NCBI GenBank assembly: GCA_965204345.1
Contig: OZ241981.1
Location: 1,408,001-1,472,000 of the forward strand
DNA length: 64,000 nt
From: Nitrosopumilus sp.
GTDB lineage: Archaea; Thermoproteota; Nitrososphaeria; Nitrososphaerales; Nitrosopumilaceae
Direction: 5' to 3'
The notes under the pieces are model-generated. The model saw nothing but the letters and a program-made list of their open reading frames with translations. It was not told the origin of the DNA and did no database searches. The first letter of the stretch is position 1. Each line of letters begins with the position of its first letter. Below, one piece after another: positions 25,358 to 35,541 of the stretch. Position numbers and translations under genes: made by a program.

Positions 25358-26593
25358 TTATTTCTCTCTCTCCATACAGCTGTTTATCACCTTCATCAAT
25401 CGCTTGCCAATCATCTCTATTGTTAGGTTCTCTAGAACGTACCTTCTTCCGTTTTGACCCAATTCCTCTGCAAGCTTCTCGTCTTTTACCAATTTCAAAA
25501 TCAAATCCGAAACAGTCTTGGGATCCCTTGATGATGTTACAATGCCGCTTTTTGTCCTGTTTACATAGCGTTTTGATTCCCCCTTTGAGATACAAAAGAT
25601 TGGCCTTCCAATCATTTGATAGTCCAATGTCTTTGTAATCAATTCATAGTCAAATCCCCTGACCGGACTTAGGGGCAATAAAAAAATATCCGCGCTGTTT
25701 AGTATCTCGTTATACTTTTCAAATTCGACAAATTTTGTATCTATTTTGACATTTGTAATTTTCTGCTGCTGAACCTGCTGTTTTAGATAATCCTCCCTGT
25801 CTCCCTCGCCCCTGATTATGAACTGTATCGGATACTGCTCTAAAATCTTGGCAGCCTGCAGTATTGTATCAAAATCATATCCGATACTTAGTGCGCCGGC
25901 ATACATTAGAATTTTTTTCCTTCCACTTGGTCCGTCTTGGTGTTGCTCATCCCTTTTGTTTTCATTAGTCCTGAATTTTTCCGTATCTACGCCATGCTCA
26001 ATAACTGTAATTTTTTCTCTTTTGATCTTATATTTTGACTCCAATACGTCTACAGAACCTTCACTTAGTGGCACCACTGCACACGAATTGTCATATGATT
26101 TTTGGGCAATATGGTCTAAAATCTTTCTGAAGATCCTCGACTTGACATATCCCAAGTCATACCATACTTCTGGCCACATGTCATCGACATTACGAATATA
26201 TTTTTTTTTCAGAAAAAAACTGTACACTGCAGCAGGAAATGAAACAAAAAAGCTCGGGTTTGATGCAAAAATTATGTCAGTATCGCGAAATTTCTGCATT
26301 ACCAACAGTGATGAGAGACAAAATGAAAGATGAATTATTACGCGTTTTAAAATGGACGAAAAAGCTAACTTGGGAACCCATGTTCTGTATATTGTCATGC
26401 CGTCAATCTGTTCTTTTGCAACTAGCTTGCCCCTGTATTTTTTTGGAATGTCCCCCTTTGGATAGTGTGGAAACGCAGATACGACAGTTACGTTGTTGCC
26501 TTGGTTCTTTAATGCCTTAGCTGCATTGTGTGCTCTAGTCGATCCGCCGCCTATGTCTGGCCAGAACAGCTGTGCTATGATTAAAACATTCAT
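25358..26593 (-). CDS. Glycosyltransferase family 4, paralog of 6459..7700
   Basis: Long identical stretches with patches of substitutions. Confidence 0.9.
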   Translation of the reverse strand: MNVLIIAQLFWPDIGGGSTRAHNAAKALKNQGNNVTVVSAFPHYPKGDIPKKYRGKLVAKEQIDGMTIYRTWVPKLAFSSILKRVIIHLSFCLSSLLVMQKFRDTDIIFASNPSFFVSFPAAVYSFFLKKKYIRNVDDMWPEVWYDLGYVKSRIFRKILDHIAQKSYDNSCAVVPLSEGSVDVLESKYKIKREKITVIEHGVDTEKFRTNENKRDEQHQDGPSGRKKILMYAGALSIGYDFDTILQAAKILEQYPIQFIIRGEGDREDYLKQQVQQQKITNVKIDTKFVEFEKYNEILNSADIFLLPLSPVRGFDYELITKTLDYQMIGRPIFCISKGESKRYVNRTKSGIVTSSRDPKTVSDLILKLVKDEKLAEELGQNGRRYVLENLTIEMIGKRLMKVINSCMEREK

Positions 26594-26816
26594 GCTTATG
26601 CGCTAAAAAAATCATTATATATACATTATAAGTTGCAGACATACATTGCAACTTGCTTCTTCCTTAAATTTTCTTAAGGAAGAAAAACAAAAAGTCAAAA
26701 GACAAAAATGATTTATGTGCATGATGCTCAACCTCTAACTAAAAAATTAACAATCCTATGTCATGTCATTTTAAATAAAGGCAGCTAGTTTGCACCGTCT
26801 ATTGTTTACTTACTTC

Positions 26817-27851
26817 TTACTTGCTCTCCCCTTCTCCCTGACTATCCACACTATTACCACTACCACTACTGCGGCCACGACGACCCTCATTACTAATCCA
26901 CTCTATGGTCTTTTTTAATCCTGTCAGTATATCGACTCTTGGGTTATACTTTAGGACATTTTGCATTTTGGACAAATCTGGCTGAAAGTATGCCGTCTGA
27001 CCGCTTTGCTTAACCTGGTATTTTATTTTGATGTTCAAAGAAGAAGAAGAAGAAGAAGAAGAAGAAGAAGAGCTGCCAATCAAATCTGAGATTATCCTTG
27101 CCATCTCGTCAATCTTAAAGTTGTCCGTTGAGCAGAGGTTAAATGTCTCCTTTGAGAATTTTCCCTCTACTGTCAGCTCAATGGCATCAATCAGGTCATC
27201 AATGTAAATAAAATTCAATGTCTGACCGCCTCCAAAGATAATGATCTCTTCGTTGATCAAGGCACTGTTGATCATCTCGTACAATCCCGAAACCCTTCCA
27301 TGCGGCCCATATACGTTTGTGGGCCGCAATATTATGTAATCAAGGTCATACATGTCTGAAAAATATCTGATCATATTTTCTGCAATCATCTTTGTAATTC
27401 CCAGTATGTTGTTTGGACACAGTGTATCGTTTTCGCTGCTGCATGCACCTTTTTGGCTTTCCCCGTAAACCTCTCTTGATGATATGAAAATCAACTTTGA
27501 GTTTGATCTTAAACAGCCTTGGATGACGTTATATGTTCCATAGACATTGGTGCCAAACGTATCTGTTGGATTATCATTGCAGTTTTTGAGCCCGGTCTGA
27601 CCTGCTGCATTAACTACAATATCGGGTTTGTACTTCTCCAAAAGTCCGATGATGCGGCTGTCTTTCATGTCGATTATTTCTGTCTTGTTGCCCTTCTCAT
27701 CCTCCCTGTCTTTGCCTTTATCATCACCGTCTTTATCATGTCTGCCTCTTGAGTTTCGCGTAAAAACTATCACCTCATGTTTCTCTGAGAGTCTGCCAGC
27801 TAATTCTTTTCCAATAAAGCCGGTGCTGCCCCCAATTATCACAATCTTCAT
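26817..27851 (-). CDS. NAD-dependent epimerase/dehydratase (extended SDR)
   Basis: IIGGSTGFIG, ISSREVYG, LRPTNVYGP, FIYIDD; LGITK in place of the YxxxK motif; poly-Ser insertion. Confidence 0.85.
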   Translation of the reverse strand: MKIVIIGGSTGFIGKELAGRLSEKHEVIVFTRNSRGRHDKDGDDKGKDREDEKGNKTEIIDMKDSRIIGLLEKYKPDIVVNAAGQTGLKNCNDNPTDTFGTNVYGTYNVIQGCLRSNSKLIFISSREVYGESQKGACSSENDTLCPNNILGITKMIAENMIRYFSDMYDLDYIILRPTNVYGPHGRVSGLYEMINSALINEEIIIFGGGQTLNFIYIDDLIDAIELTVEGKFSKETFNLCSTDNFKIDEMARIISDLIGSSSSSSSSSSSSLNIKIKYQVKQSGQTAYFQPDLSKMQNVLKYNPRVDILTGLKKTIEWISNEGRRGRSSGSGNSVDSQGEGESK

Positions 27852-27945
27852 TATACTTTCACGATCATTGAATAATGCAAACTCTCATAATAAAACTTTG
27901 AAGACACGTTAACTTTTTATATTGACATAGGAGGGTGAAGGTTAC

Positions 27946-28926
27946 TTGGATTCTGAGGAGTTTAAAGACCTTAATGTTTTAGTTACGGGAGCCGACGGCT
28001 TCATTCCAGGCCATGTCTGTGAAAGACTAGTTGAGTTAGGTGCAAATGTCACGGGACTGGTCCGAAGAAACTCAAGCAACGTACTAAAGTCAATTCCTCA
28101 CCTTATTGATAAAATTAATTTTAGATGGGGCGATATCACTGATTTGTCGTTACTGGCACGAGAGACCAAAGGGATTGACATCATATATCACTTGGGTGCC
28201 CAGAGCCACGTCCAGTATTCACTGCATAATCCGCTTGAGACATACCAGACCAATGTCATGGGAACAATCAACGTCTTAGAAGCAGCCAGGCTAAATGATG
28301 TAAGGCGCGTGGTTCATGCGGGAAGTTCAGAAGTGTATGGCAAGCCTGAAACGGTTCCAATCACAGAGAACCATCCACTGGCCCCTCGCAGTCCGTATGC
28401 AGCAGGCAAGGTAGCCTCAGACAGGCTCTTGTTCTCTTACTATTGCACGTATGGAATGTCAGTTGTCACATCGAGGTTCTTTGGATATTACGGTCCAAGA
28501 CAGAGCATAGAAAAGGCTATTCCAAAATTCATTTTAAACATTCACAACGGCATTCCTCCTACGGTTTACGGTGACGGCAGTCAGAGTCGTGACCTGATGT
28601 TTGTAACTGATGCTGCTGATGCCTATACGAGGCTGGGTCTGGCCGACAACGTTGATGGCAAGGTGCTCAACGTGGGAACCGGCGTGGAATCTACAATAAA
28701 GGATCTTATCTTGTTGATTTTGAAATTGATGGATTCTAAGCTAGAGCCGGTCTTTACAAAGAACCTTCATCCTGGCGAGGCAGGCAGGCTTATCTCTGAT
28801 CCTACACCTATAATGGAACTCTTGAACTGGAAGCCAAGCATAAGCCTGGAGGAAGGACTCAAGAGAACCATCGATTACTATCTGCAACACACACATCTGT
28901 TCAAACACCTCAATGTCGTAGTATGA
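27946..28926 (+). CDS. NDP-sugar 4,6-dehydratase/epimerase (extended SDR)
   Basis: VTGADGFI, GSSEVYG, SPYAAGK, YGPRQ, GDGSQSRD. Confidence 0.88.
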   Translation: MDSEEFKDLNVLVTGADGFIPGHVCERLVELGANVTGLVRRNSSNVLKSIPHLIDKINFRWGDITDLSLLARETKGIDIIYHLGAQSHVQYSLHNPLETYQTNVMGTINVLEAARLNDVRRVVHAGSSEVYGKPETVPITENHPLAPRSPYAAGKVASDRLLFSYYCTYGMSVVTSRFFGYYGPRQSIEKAIPKFILNIHNGIPPTVYGDGSQSRDLMFVTDAADAYTRLGLADNVDGKVLNVGTGVESTIKDLILLILKLMDSKLEPVFTKNLHPGEAGRLISDPTPIMELLNWKPSISLEEGLKRTIDYYLQHTHLFKHLNVVV

Positions 28927-28991
28927 CATGACATGACATGCATGCCCATTGATATTGTTACAATGTCTCAAGTTTGGAACAGTGTACAAAG

Positions 28992-29312
28992 GGTACTGTT
29001 GCGTTCATGAGGGATATGCACGAGAGATAAATTTGAGACATTGTTGAATCTTAGGGTGTTTCCTGATTTTCAATCTGATGTTCATTTAGTGTAGTGAGAT
29101 TGTTTCTCTGACATTGATCAAGGAACTAGAGGAAACAACCACGTCAAAGCAAATCTTGATGATTTTAATATGAACACGGCAAATGCAACGGACAGCTCTG
29201 GTAAATTTCGATGATCTGATCACTGGAATTTATCAGTGCCGTTTGTAGGTCTTGATTAAAACGTGTGCGATCAAACAGATTCGTGTCTATCCCTCATGAA
29301 CGCAACAGTACC
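28992..29312. mobile_element. Non-autonomous IS6-family-like MITE (321 bp)
   Basis: 25-bp perfect TIRs GGTACTGTTGCGTTCATGAGGGATA; 8-bp TSD GTACAAAG at 28984-28991 and 29313-29320; no ORF. Confidence 0.85.
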
Positions 29313-29354
29313 GTACAAAGAAAAAGTAAATAAACAAGAAAATTTTAGAATCTG

Positions 29355-31976
29355 TTGTTTCTTGTTAGTGGGATAGCACTTGTTTTGTTGGTATTATGTG
29401 CGTTGCCATCAATTGTATTTGCCGAAAATCTTCATGATTTTTATGTTTTCGAGTCTGACAGTGAGAATAAATGTACGTGGGATTCAGAGTCTAGTTTTTT
29501 GGACAAATCTCTGAATATGAATAGTGATGATGATGATGATGATAGCGATTTTACCTATAGTTATTTTTCCAGCAGTGATGCCACAGAAACAGCAGTTCTT
29601 GAGTGCCGTTTTTCCAAGCCTGTGGATCTGTCTACGGGCCAAGGATTACGATTTTGGATGAATCTTGAAAATGTGGCTGGAATAAATAAAAGTACTCCTG
29701 AAGCATGGAGGGCTAATGCATTTTTGATCATGGTTGATGCAAATGATATACAGCGTCTTTTTTGGAATTTGCCACAGTGGTTTGGTTTAGAAGATGGCAC
29801 TTGGGCAAAAGTTATTGTAGATCCCTCCAATTACGTTCAAAATAAACCTGGCTTTGATCCTGGCAATGTCAAGTCTCTTAGAATTACATTTGTAAACGGA
29901 GGGGACTCTTATTCCCAGACCACGCTCATTACAGATGCAGAGGTAGTGCCTGGATTATTTGACAGCAAAATAGGTTCAGACAGGTCGAATTTTAAAAACG
30001 AGATACTGACATCCATGATTGTTTATTTGTCGTCTTCAGTTATTATGGGGTATTTTCTATTAAAAATTATCCGATACAAGCTGAATTTTGGATTTGTAAT
30101 TAATTTTTCCCTGTACTCTGCCTTTGGCTTGGTATTGCTGATTCTTTTGGCGATTTTTCTGGCAATGCTTCACTTTACACAGACTACTGTTCTGACAGCC
30201 TTCTTTTCGTTTATGATGGTTGGCTCTTACTTGATTTTCAGAGACAGAGCTAAAATTCTGTCTGAAATTAAAAATGAAAAAGTTCTTCCAAATCTGATTG
30301 CAGGCATACTCATAATTCTGTCACTGATTCACTTTTTTATAATTGCAGAAAATATGAGCTGGCCGCCGATTCATGATCCGCAATACCATGGTCACGCTTC
30401 GCAATTTATAATGTATCATACGAGTGTGTTTAACAATAATTGGCCATTTTTTGATTTGCCATATGGAATGACAGTTTATCCTCAGGGATTTCATGCTTTG
30501 ACTGCATTTTTTTCTTTGATTACAAACGTCATGCTGCCAATATCCCAATATGCCGTCACAGTAACAATTGTTGCACTCTTGCCGCCCATCTGTTTTTCAA
30601 TAATATACAAAAAAACCAAATCGTATTACTTGGCAAGCATTGCATTTGGAGCATTGTTTTTTATTCCAGGAAATGAAGTAGGTTATTTTATACTATTTCA
30701 TGATGTACTACTTACTCCATTAGAAGGGGGCACTTTTGTATTTGCTACATTTACTTGCATACTTTTGCTTTTTATCAGCATAGTTATTAATAATAAAAAT
30801 AATTCTAATTTTATTATTTATTCGCTATTGTCAGTTGTAATATTTATCACATATGCTGTCATGATCGTTCCCTTTGTTTTGTTTATAATTATTAAATTAA
30901 TACTCTTAAAATCCCCCATAAACTCCAAAACAAATGGACTGCGAGTCGGGAAATTTAAGATAAAAAACTATATGCTTACTTCTTTACGATTGGCGATAAT
31001 TATTTTATTAGTAACATTAGGTGCACCACTGGTTTATTTTGCAGATGAATTGATTCAGGAACATGGTGCTAGGGTCGACTTTTGGTGGATCCTTCTAGAG
31101 GATATGGACATATACAACATAGATTCTATATATTTTCCTTATTTTGTTTTATTACTAGGGGGGGTTCTTTCTGCAATTTGGTTGTTTAAATCCAATCGAG
31201 AGTTTAGTTTATTTTTGATTGTAATGTTTTCCCTAGTGTTTGGAGCAATATCAAATAAAGTAATTTATGAGAATCTTTTCTGGTTTATGTATCCTGTCAG
31301 ACTTGTTTTACTAGGAGCTATCATCTCTCAAATAGGAATAATTTTAGCAGGGGTTGATATTTTTGATAAACTTGTAACTAGGTTTAACAAACGCAAAATT
31401 TCATTACGTTCAAAATCAGTCTTCTCCATAGCGATTTGCTCGTTGGTTTTTATTGCACTAATTCCAAGTCTTGATACTCATATTTCATACGAGTATAAAG
31501 ATAATTTGCTAGGATATTTACCTACAAGCAATGAATTAAAAGTGATGGGTTGGATGAATGACAATCTTGATTCAAATACAACCATCCTTGAGGATAGAAC
31601 TAGTGAAGGAATGTGGCTTTCATCAATAAAGATATTTGATATAACTAATAACAGAGAAATGTGGAGAAAAATAAGCGCCAATGTTGTGCCAGATGATACA
31701 TTTCTAAAAGAGAGAGCATATGAGGCTAACCTTGTATTACACCATCCCGGAGACATGAAAATGATGGAAATATTGGACAAGTATGGTATTGAATATGTGT
31801 TAATTACTGGCGGTGATCCCCAAAACAGACAACAAGCGGCACGACAGCATCTTCTACCAGTATTTCCAGCTCTTCACATAAGTACTTCTGAACGAATAGC
31901 CCTCTTTGAGGATAATCCTCAATTGCAATTAGTCATTAGAGAAGGTGAAGCTGCCTTATTCAAAGTGAAAACATAG
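29355..31976 (+). CDS. Membrane protein with N-terminal carbohydrate-binding-like domain and multi-TM GT-C-like region
   Basis: Signal peptide, DLS..LRFWM..W.KV.V domain, HDP..H and YPQGFH motifs, C-terminal W...N and KYGIEYV domain. Confidence 0.65.
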   Translation: MFLVSGIALVLLVLCALPSIVFAENLHDFYVFESDSENKCTWDSESSFLDKSLNMNSDDDDDDSDFTYSYFSSSDATETAVLECRFSKPVDLSTGQGLRFWMNLENVAGINKSTPEAWRANAFLIMVDANDIQRLFWNLPQWFGLEDGTWAKVIVDPSNYVQNKPGFDPGNVKSLRITFVNGGDSYSQTTLITDAEVVPGLFDSKIGSDRSNFKNEILTSMIVYLSSSVIMGYFLLKIIRYKLNFGFVINFSLYSAFGLVLLILLAIFLAMLHFTQTTVLTAFFSFMMVGSYLIFRDRAKILSEIKNEKVLPNLIAGILIILSLIHFFIIAENMSWPPIHDPQYHGHASQFIMYHTSVFNNNWPFFDLPYGMTVYPQGFHALTAFFSLITNVMLPISQYAVTVTIVALLPPICFSIIYKKTKSYYLASIAFGALFFIPGNEVGYFILFHDVLLTPLEGGTFVFATFTCILLLFISIVINNKNNSNFIIYSLLSVVIFITYAVMIVPFVLFIIIKLILLKSPINSKTNGLRVGKFKIKNYMLTSLRLAIIILLVTLGAPLVYFADELIQEHGARVDFWWILLEDMDIYNIDSIYFPYFVLLLGGVLSAIWLFKSNREFSLFLIVMFSLVFGAISNKVIYENLFWFMYPVRLVLLGAIISQIGIILAGVDIFDKLVTRFNKRKISLRSKSVFSIAICSLVFIALIPSLDTHISYEYKDNLLGYLPTSNELKVMGWMNDNLDSNTTILEDRTSEGMWLSSIKIFDITNNREMWRKISANVVPDDTFLKERAYEANLVLHHPGDMKMMEILDKYGIEYVLITGGDPQNRQQAARQHLLPVFPALHISTSERIALFEDNPQLQLVIREGEAALFKVKT

Positions 31977-32074
31977 ACACAGCAGTAAATGAAATGTAAT
32001 GTATGATGCGTGGTCAAAATGCTCTGAAAGATTTATTCAGTGAAAACATAGACAGCAGTATGCGCTGCCAATAC

Positions 32075-33116
32075 TGTATTATATGAAAATCATATCCGCT
32101 AGTCATTCATGTCTGCCTCCATCCATTTTTGGTTGCTTTTTCTGATCGCATCAGGAACCTTTTTGGCCTTAAATGCCATCAGAGGCACCTGGCAGTTCTC
32201 TATGTCCAGAGAAAAATGCAGCCTATCCTCATTGTAAAAGTCGATGAATTTCCCTACCGTCTTAAAGTGTACAAGCTCATCCTCAAGTGTCCTAAAGAAT
32301 CTCTCAATCTTGCCGTTGGCCTGCGGGTGGTGGGAGCGTGAGTCAATCAGGGCAATACTCCTCTCCAGAGCTTCTTCCTCAAACATGGTGAGCCTCTATC
32401 CCTTGGCAGGTACACCGCGGTTTCTGGATGTGAACTGGGCTCCATTGTCTGAAAGTATTTGACCTGGCGTGCCAAATGACTTGATAGCCTTGCGCAAAAC
32501 GGCTACAGTGTTCTGGCTTGTGGCACTATCAAATATCTCGAATCCCGTTATGCATCTGGGATGCATCATCCAGATATGCCACAAGTTGCAGTCCTTTCAG
32601 GCGTGGATCCTTCATTTCGTGCCAGTCCACATGCCACATTGCATTGGAATACAGTCGCTCATATCTGACGTACTTTCTCTTCTTGGATTTTTCAGGAGAC
32701 AGTCTGGCCAGTCCGTTGGATTTCATTATTTGGTATACCGTATGGTAGCTTATATGAGATGACTTTCTGAGGTGGCGAGTCGTGCGTACTACTCCTGCAT
32801 GAATATCATCATATGTCTTAAGAACACGACGTACATCCTCAGATGATATTGTCTTTCTGGGTCTTCCTGGCTTTCTGTGGGAGTTTATTGTTCCGGTCTT
32901 GCGGTAGGCTGCCCATATGCGTCTGACGTGCCTTGCGCTGACCTGCATGGTTTGGGCCAGAACAGATGCAGCTGTGCCCTTTTGACGCTGACGTATGATG
33001 TATCTGGTCTGATCCTCCTTTAGTCTGATTCTCTTCATTATTCGTGATCGGTATATGCGGTAATAATCCCTTGCCTGAAGCCTGAGCTTAGGCGGACATA
33101 ATTTTCGTACAATAGA
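32075..33116 (-). mobile_element. IS481-family element copy 4, frameshifted with in-frame TAG
   Basis: Split ORFs 32529-33038, 32396-32584 and 32099-32386; same IRs. Confidence 0.9.
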
Positions 33117-34253
33117 CTGCCCCCAATTATCACAATCTTCATTATACTTTCACGATCATTGAATAATGCAAACTCTCATAATAAAACTTTGAAGACACGT
33201 TAACTTTTTATATTGACATAGGAGGGTGAAGGTTACTTGGATTCTGAGGAGTTTAAAGACCTTAATGTTTTAGTTACGGGAGCCGACGGCTTCATTCCAG
33301 GCTATGTCTGTGAAAGACTAGTTGAGTTAGGTGCAAATGTCACGGGACTGGTCCGAAGAAACTCAAGCAACGTACTAAAGTCAATTCCTCACCTTATTGA
33401 TAAAATTAATTTTAGATGGGGCGATATCACTGATTTGTCGTTACTGGCACGAGAGACCAAAGGGATTGACATCATATATCACTTGGGTGCCCAGAGCCAC
33501 GTCCAGTATTCACTGCATAATCCGCTTGAGACATACCAGACCAATGTCATGGGAACAATCAACGTCTTAGAAGCAGCCAGGCTAAATGATGTAAGGCGCG
33601 TGGTTCATGCGGGAAGTTCAGAAGTGTATGGCAAGCCTGAAACGGTTCCAATCACAGAGAACCATCCACTGGCCCCTCGCAGTCCGTATGCAGCAGGCAA
33701 GGTAGCCTCAGACAGGCTCTTGTTCTCTTACTATTGCACGTATGGAATGTCAGTTGTCACATCGAGGTTCTTTGGATATTACGGTCCAAGACAGAGCATA
33801 GAAAAGGCTATTCCAAAATTCATTTTAAACATTCACAACGGCATTCCTCCTACGGTTTACGGTGACGGCAGTCAGAGTCGTGACCTGATGTTTGTAACTG
33901 ATGCTGCTGATGCCTATACGAGGCTGGGTCTGGCCGACAACGTTGATGGCAAGGTGCTCAACGTGGGAACCGGCGTGGAATCTACAATAAAGGATCTTGC
34001 CTTGTTGATTTTGAAATTGATGGATTCTAAGCTAGAGCCGGTCTTTACAAAGAACCTTCATCCTGGCGAGGCAGGCAGGCTTATCTCTGATCCTGCACCT
34101 GTAATGGAACTCTTGAACTGGAAGCCAAGCATAAGCCTGGAGGAAGGACTCAAGAGAACCATCGATTACTATCTGCAACACACACATCTATTCAAACACC
34201 TCAATGTCGTAGTATGACATGACATGACATGCATGCCCATTGATATTGTTACA
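33117..34253. repeat. 1,137-bp direct duplicate of 27826..28962
   Basis: Offset 5291; starts at the first base after the IS end; a few substitutions. Confidence 0.92.
33237..34217 (+). CDS. NDP-sugar dehydratase/epimerase, duplicate of 27946..28926
   Basis: Four amino-acid differences (H>Y, I>A, T>A, I>V). Confidence 0.88.
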   Translation: MDSEEFKDLNVLVTGADGFIPGYVCERLVELGANVTGLVRRNSSNVLKSIPHLIDKINFRWGDITDLSLLARETKGIDIIYHLGAQSHVQYSLHNPLETYQTNVMGTINVLEAARLNDVRRVVHAGSSEVYGKPETVPITENHPLAPRSPYAAGKVASDRLLFSYYCTYGMSVVTSRFFGYYGPRQSIEKAIPKFILNIHNGIPPTVYGDGSQSRDLMFVTDAADAYTRLGLADNVDGKVLNVGTGVESTIKDLALLILKLMDSKLEPVFTKNLHPGEAGRLISDPAPVMELLNWKPSISLEEGLKRTIDYYLQHTHLFKHLNVVV

Positions 34254-34285
34254 TGACGTTTTGATGATAATATGGTATCCTCATC

Positions 34286-35440
34286 ATGAAAGCCGTGCTG
34301 TTAGCTGCCGGCAAAGGCAGCAGGTTAAGTCCCATCACAGATGATCTGCCAAAGCAGATGATATCTGTGGGCGGCAAGCCCCTTCTCCAGTACATTATAG
34401 AGGAGCTAAAGTCTTGTGGAATAGATCAGGTTTGTATCGTCATCAGCAGCAGTGGTAATAATAATAATAATAGTGATGATGATGCTGCCGCTGATGATGA
34501 TGATGATGACAGCAGCAGCAGCACCGGCAGTACAACTGCTCACAAAAGCAAAATCCAACGATACTTTAAGAATGGGATGTCCCTTGGCATTAAAATTACG
34601 TATGCTGAGCAAACGACACTTGACGGAACCGCAGGTGCGCTGCGACTGGCCGAAAAATTCGTCAAAAGGGACAGCTTTGTCTTGTGCCTTACAGACATCC
34701 TGATTCCAGAGGGACTGGGCAATTTTTTTAGAAACATTGATCCAGACTCAGAGGCCACAATTCTGTCATCTAAGGTATCAAAGGCGCAAGCCAAAGTCTC
34801 CGGAACAATCCACACCAGCAAAAGTGCAAGTGATAATAATAATAATAATAATAATGATGATGATGATGATAATGATGTTAGTAACAACAGCGGCCAATAC
34901 GTGAGAAAACTAAAGGAAAAAGACCCAAACCCCACAAGCAGGCTCGTATGGGCAGGCCTGGCACATTTTGCCTCAGATGAAATCTTTGAAGCAATAAAGT
35001 CAATAAAGAAATCATCCCGGGGCGAGTATGAGATTACCGATGCAATGAACTACCTGATCTCATCTGGGAAGAAGACGATCAAAAACCAACCCTGCAAAAA
35101 ATACCTGGACTTTGGCACTCCTCCCGGACTACGCGATGCCCTGAGATTCATCCTCAAGGAAAAAGAGAGACAAAAAGAACAAGCAAATCAAAAAGAGAAA
35201 CAAACCCCCAAAACCAGAAAGAATCCTTCTGCTACATTTGGCCCAAACCACATATCCCGAGGCGTAAAAATCGGCAAGGGCGTCAAGCTTGGGCCCTTTG
35301 TCTCAATAGACAAGGATGTGAAGATTTCCGACTCTGTTCAGATCAAAAACAGCATAGTGCTTGCAGGCGCATCCATTCCAAAAAATGCCAAAATTGCCGA
35401 CTGCCTGGTTTCAAAAAACAGCATTCTAAAGCTAGCTTGA
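34286..35440 (+). CDS. Sugar-phosphate nucleotidyltransferase (RmlA/GlmU long form) with low-complexity insertions
   Basis: LLAAGKGSRL.P.T..LPK, GTAGAL, RGEYEITDA, C-terminal hexapeptide repeats. Confidence 0.88.
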   Translation: MKAVLLAAGKGSRLSPITDDLPKQMISVGGKPLLQYIIEELKSCGIDQVCIVISSSGNNNNNSDDDAAADDDDDDSSSSTGSTTAHKSKIQRYFKNGMSLGIKITYAEQTTLDGTAGALRLAEKFVKRDSFVLCLTDILIPEGLGNFFRNIDPDSEATILSSKVSKAQAKVSGTIHTSKSASDNNNNNNNDDDDDNDVSNNSGQYVRKLKEKDPNPTSRLVWAGLAHFASDEIFEAIKSIKKSSRGEYEITDAMNYLISSGKKTIKNQPCKKYLDFGTPPGLRDALRFILKEKERQKEQANQKEKQTPKTRKNPSATFGPNHISRGVKIGKGVKLGPFVSIDKDVKISDSVQIKNSIVLAGASIPKNAKIADCLVSKNSILKLA

Positions 35441-35541
35441 TGATATGCTGATAATAATAATGATGATGATGGTTGATAATGTCAAATAATTTAGTTTTGT
35501 CGGGCAAAGATTCAAATTCTAATCAGATAGAAAGTCTCTAA

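Noticed and set aside
32396-32400. In-frame TAG in IS copies as pyrrolysine or read-through recoding
   Set aside because: Copy 3 has TGG here and the same copies carry other frameshifts; a simple nonsense mutation.
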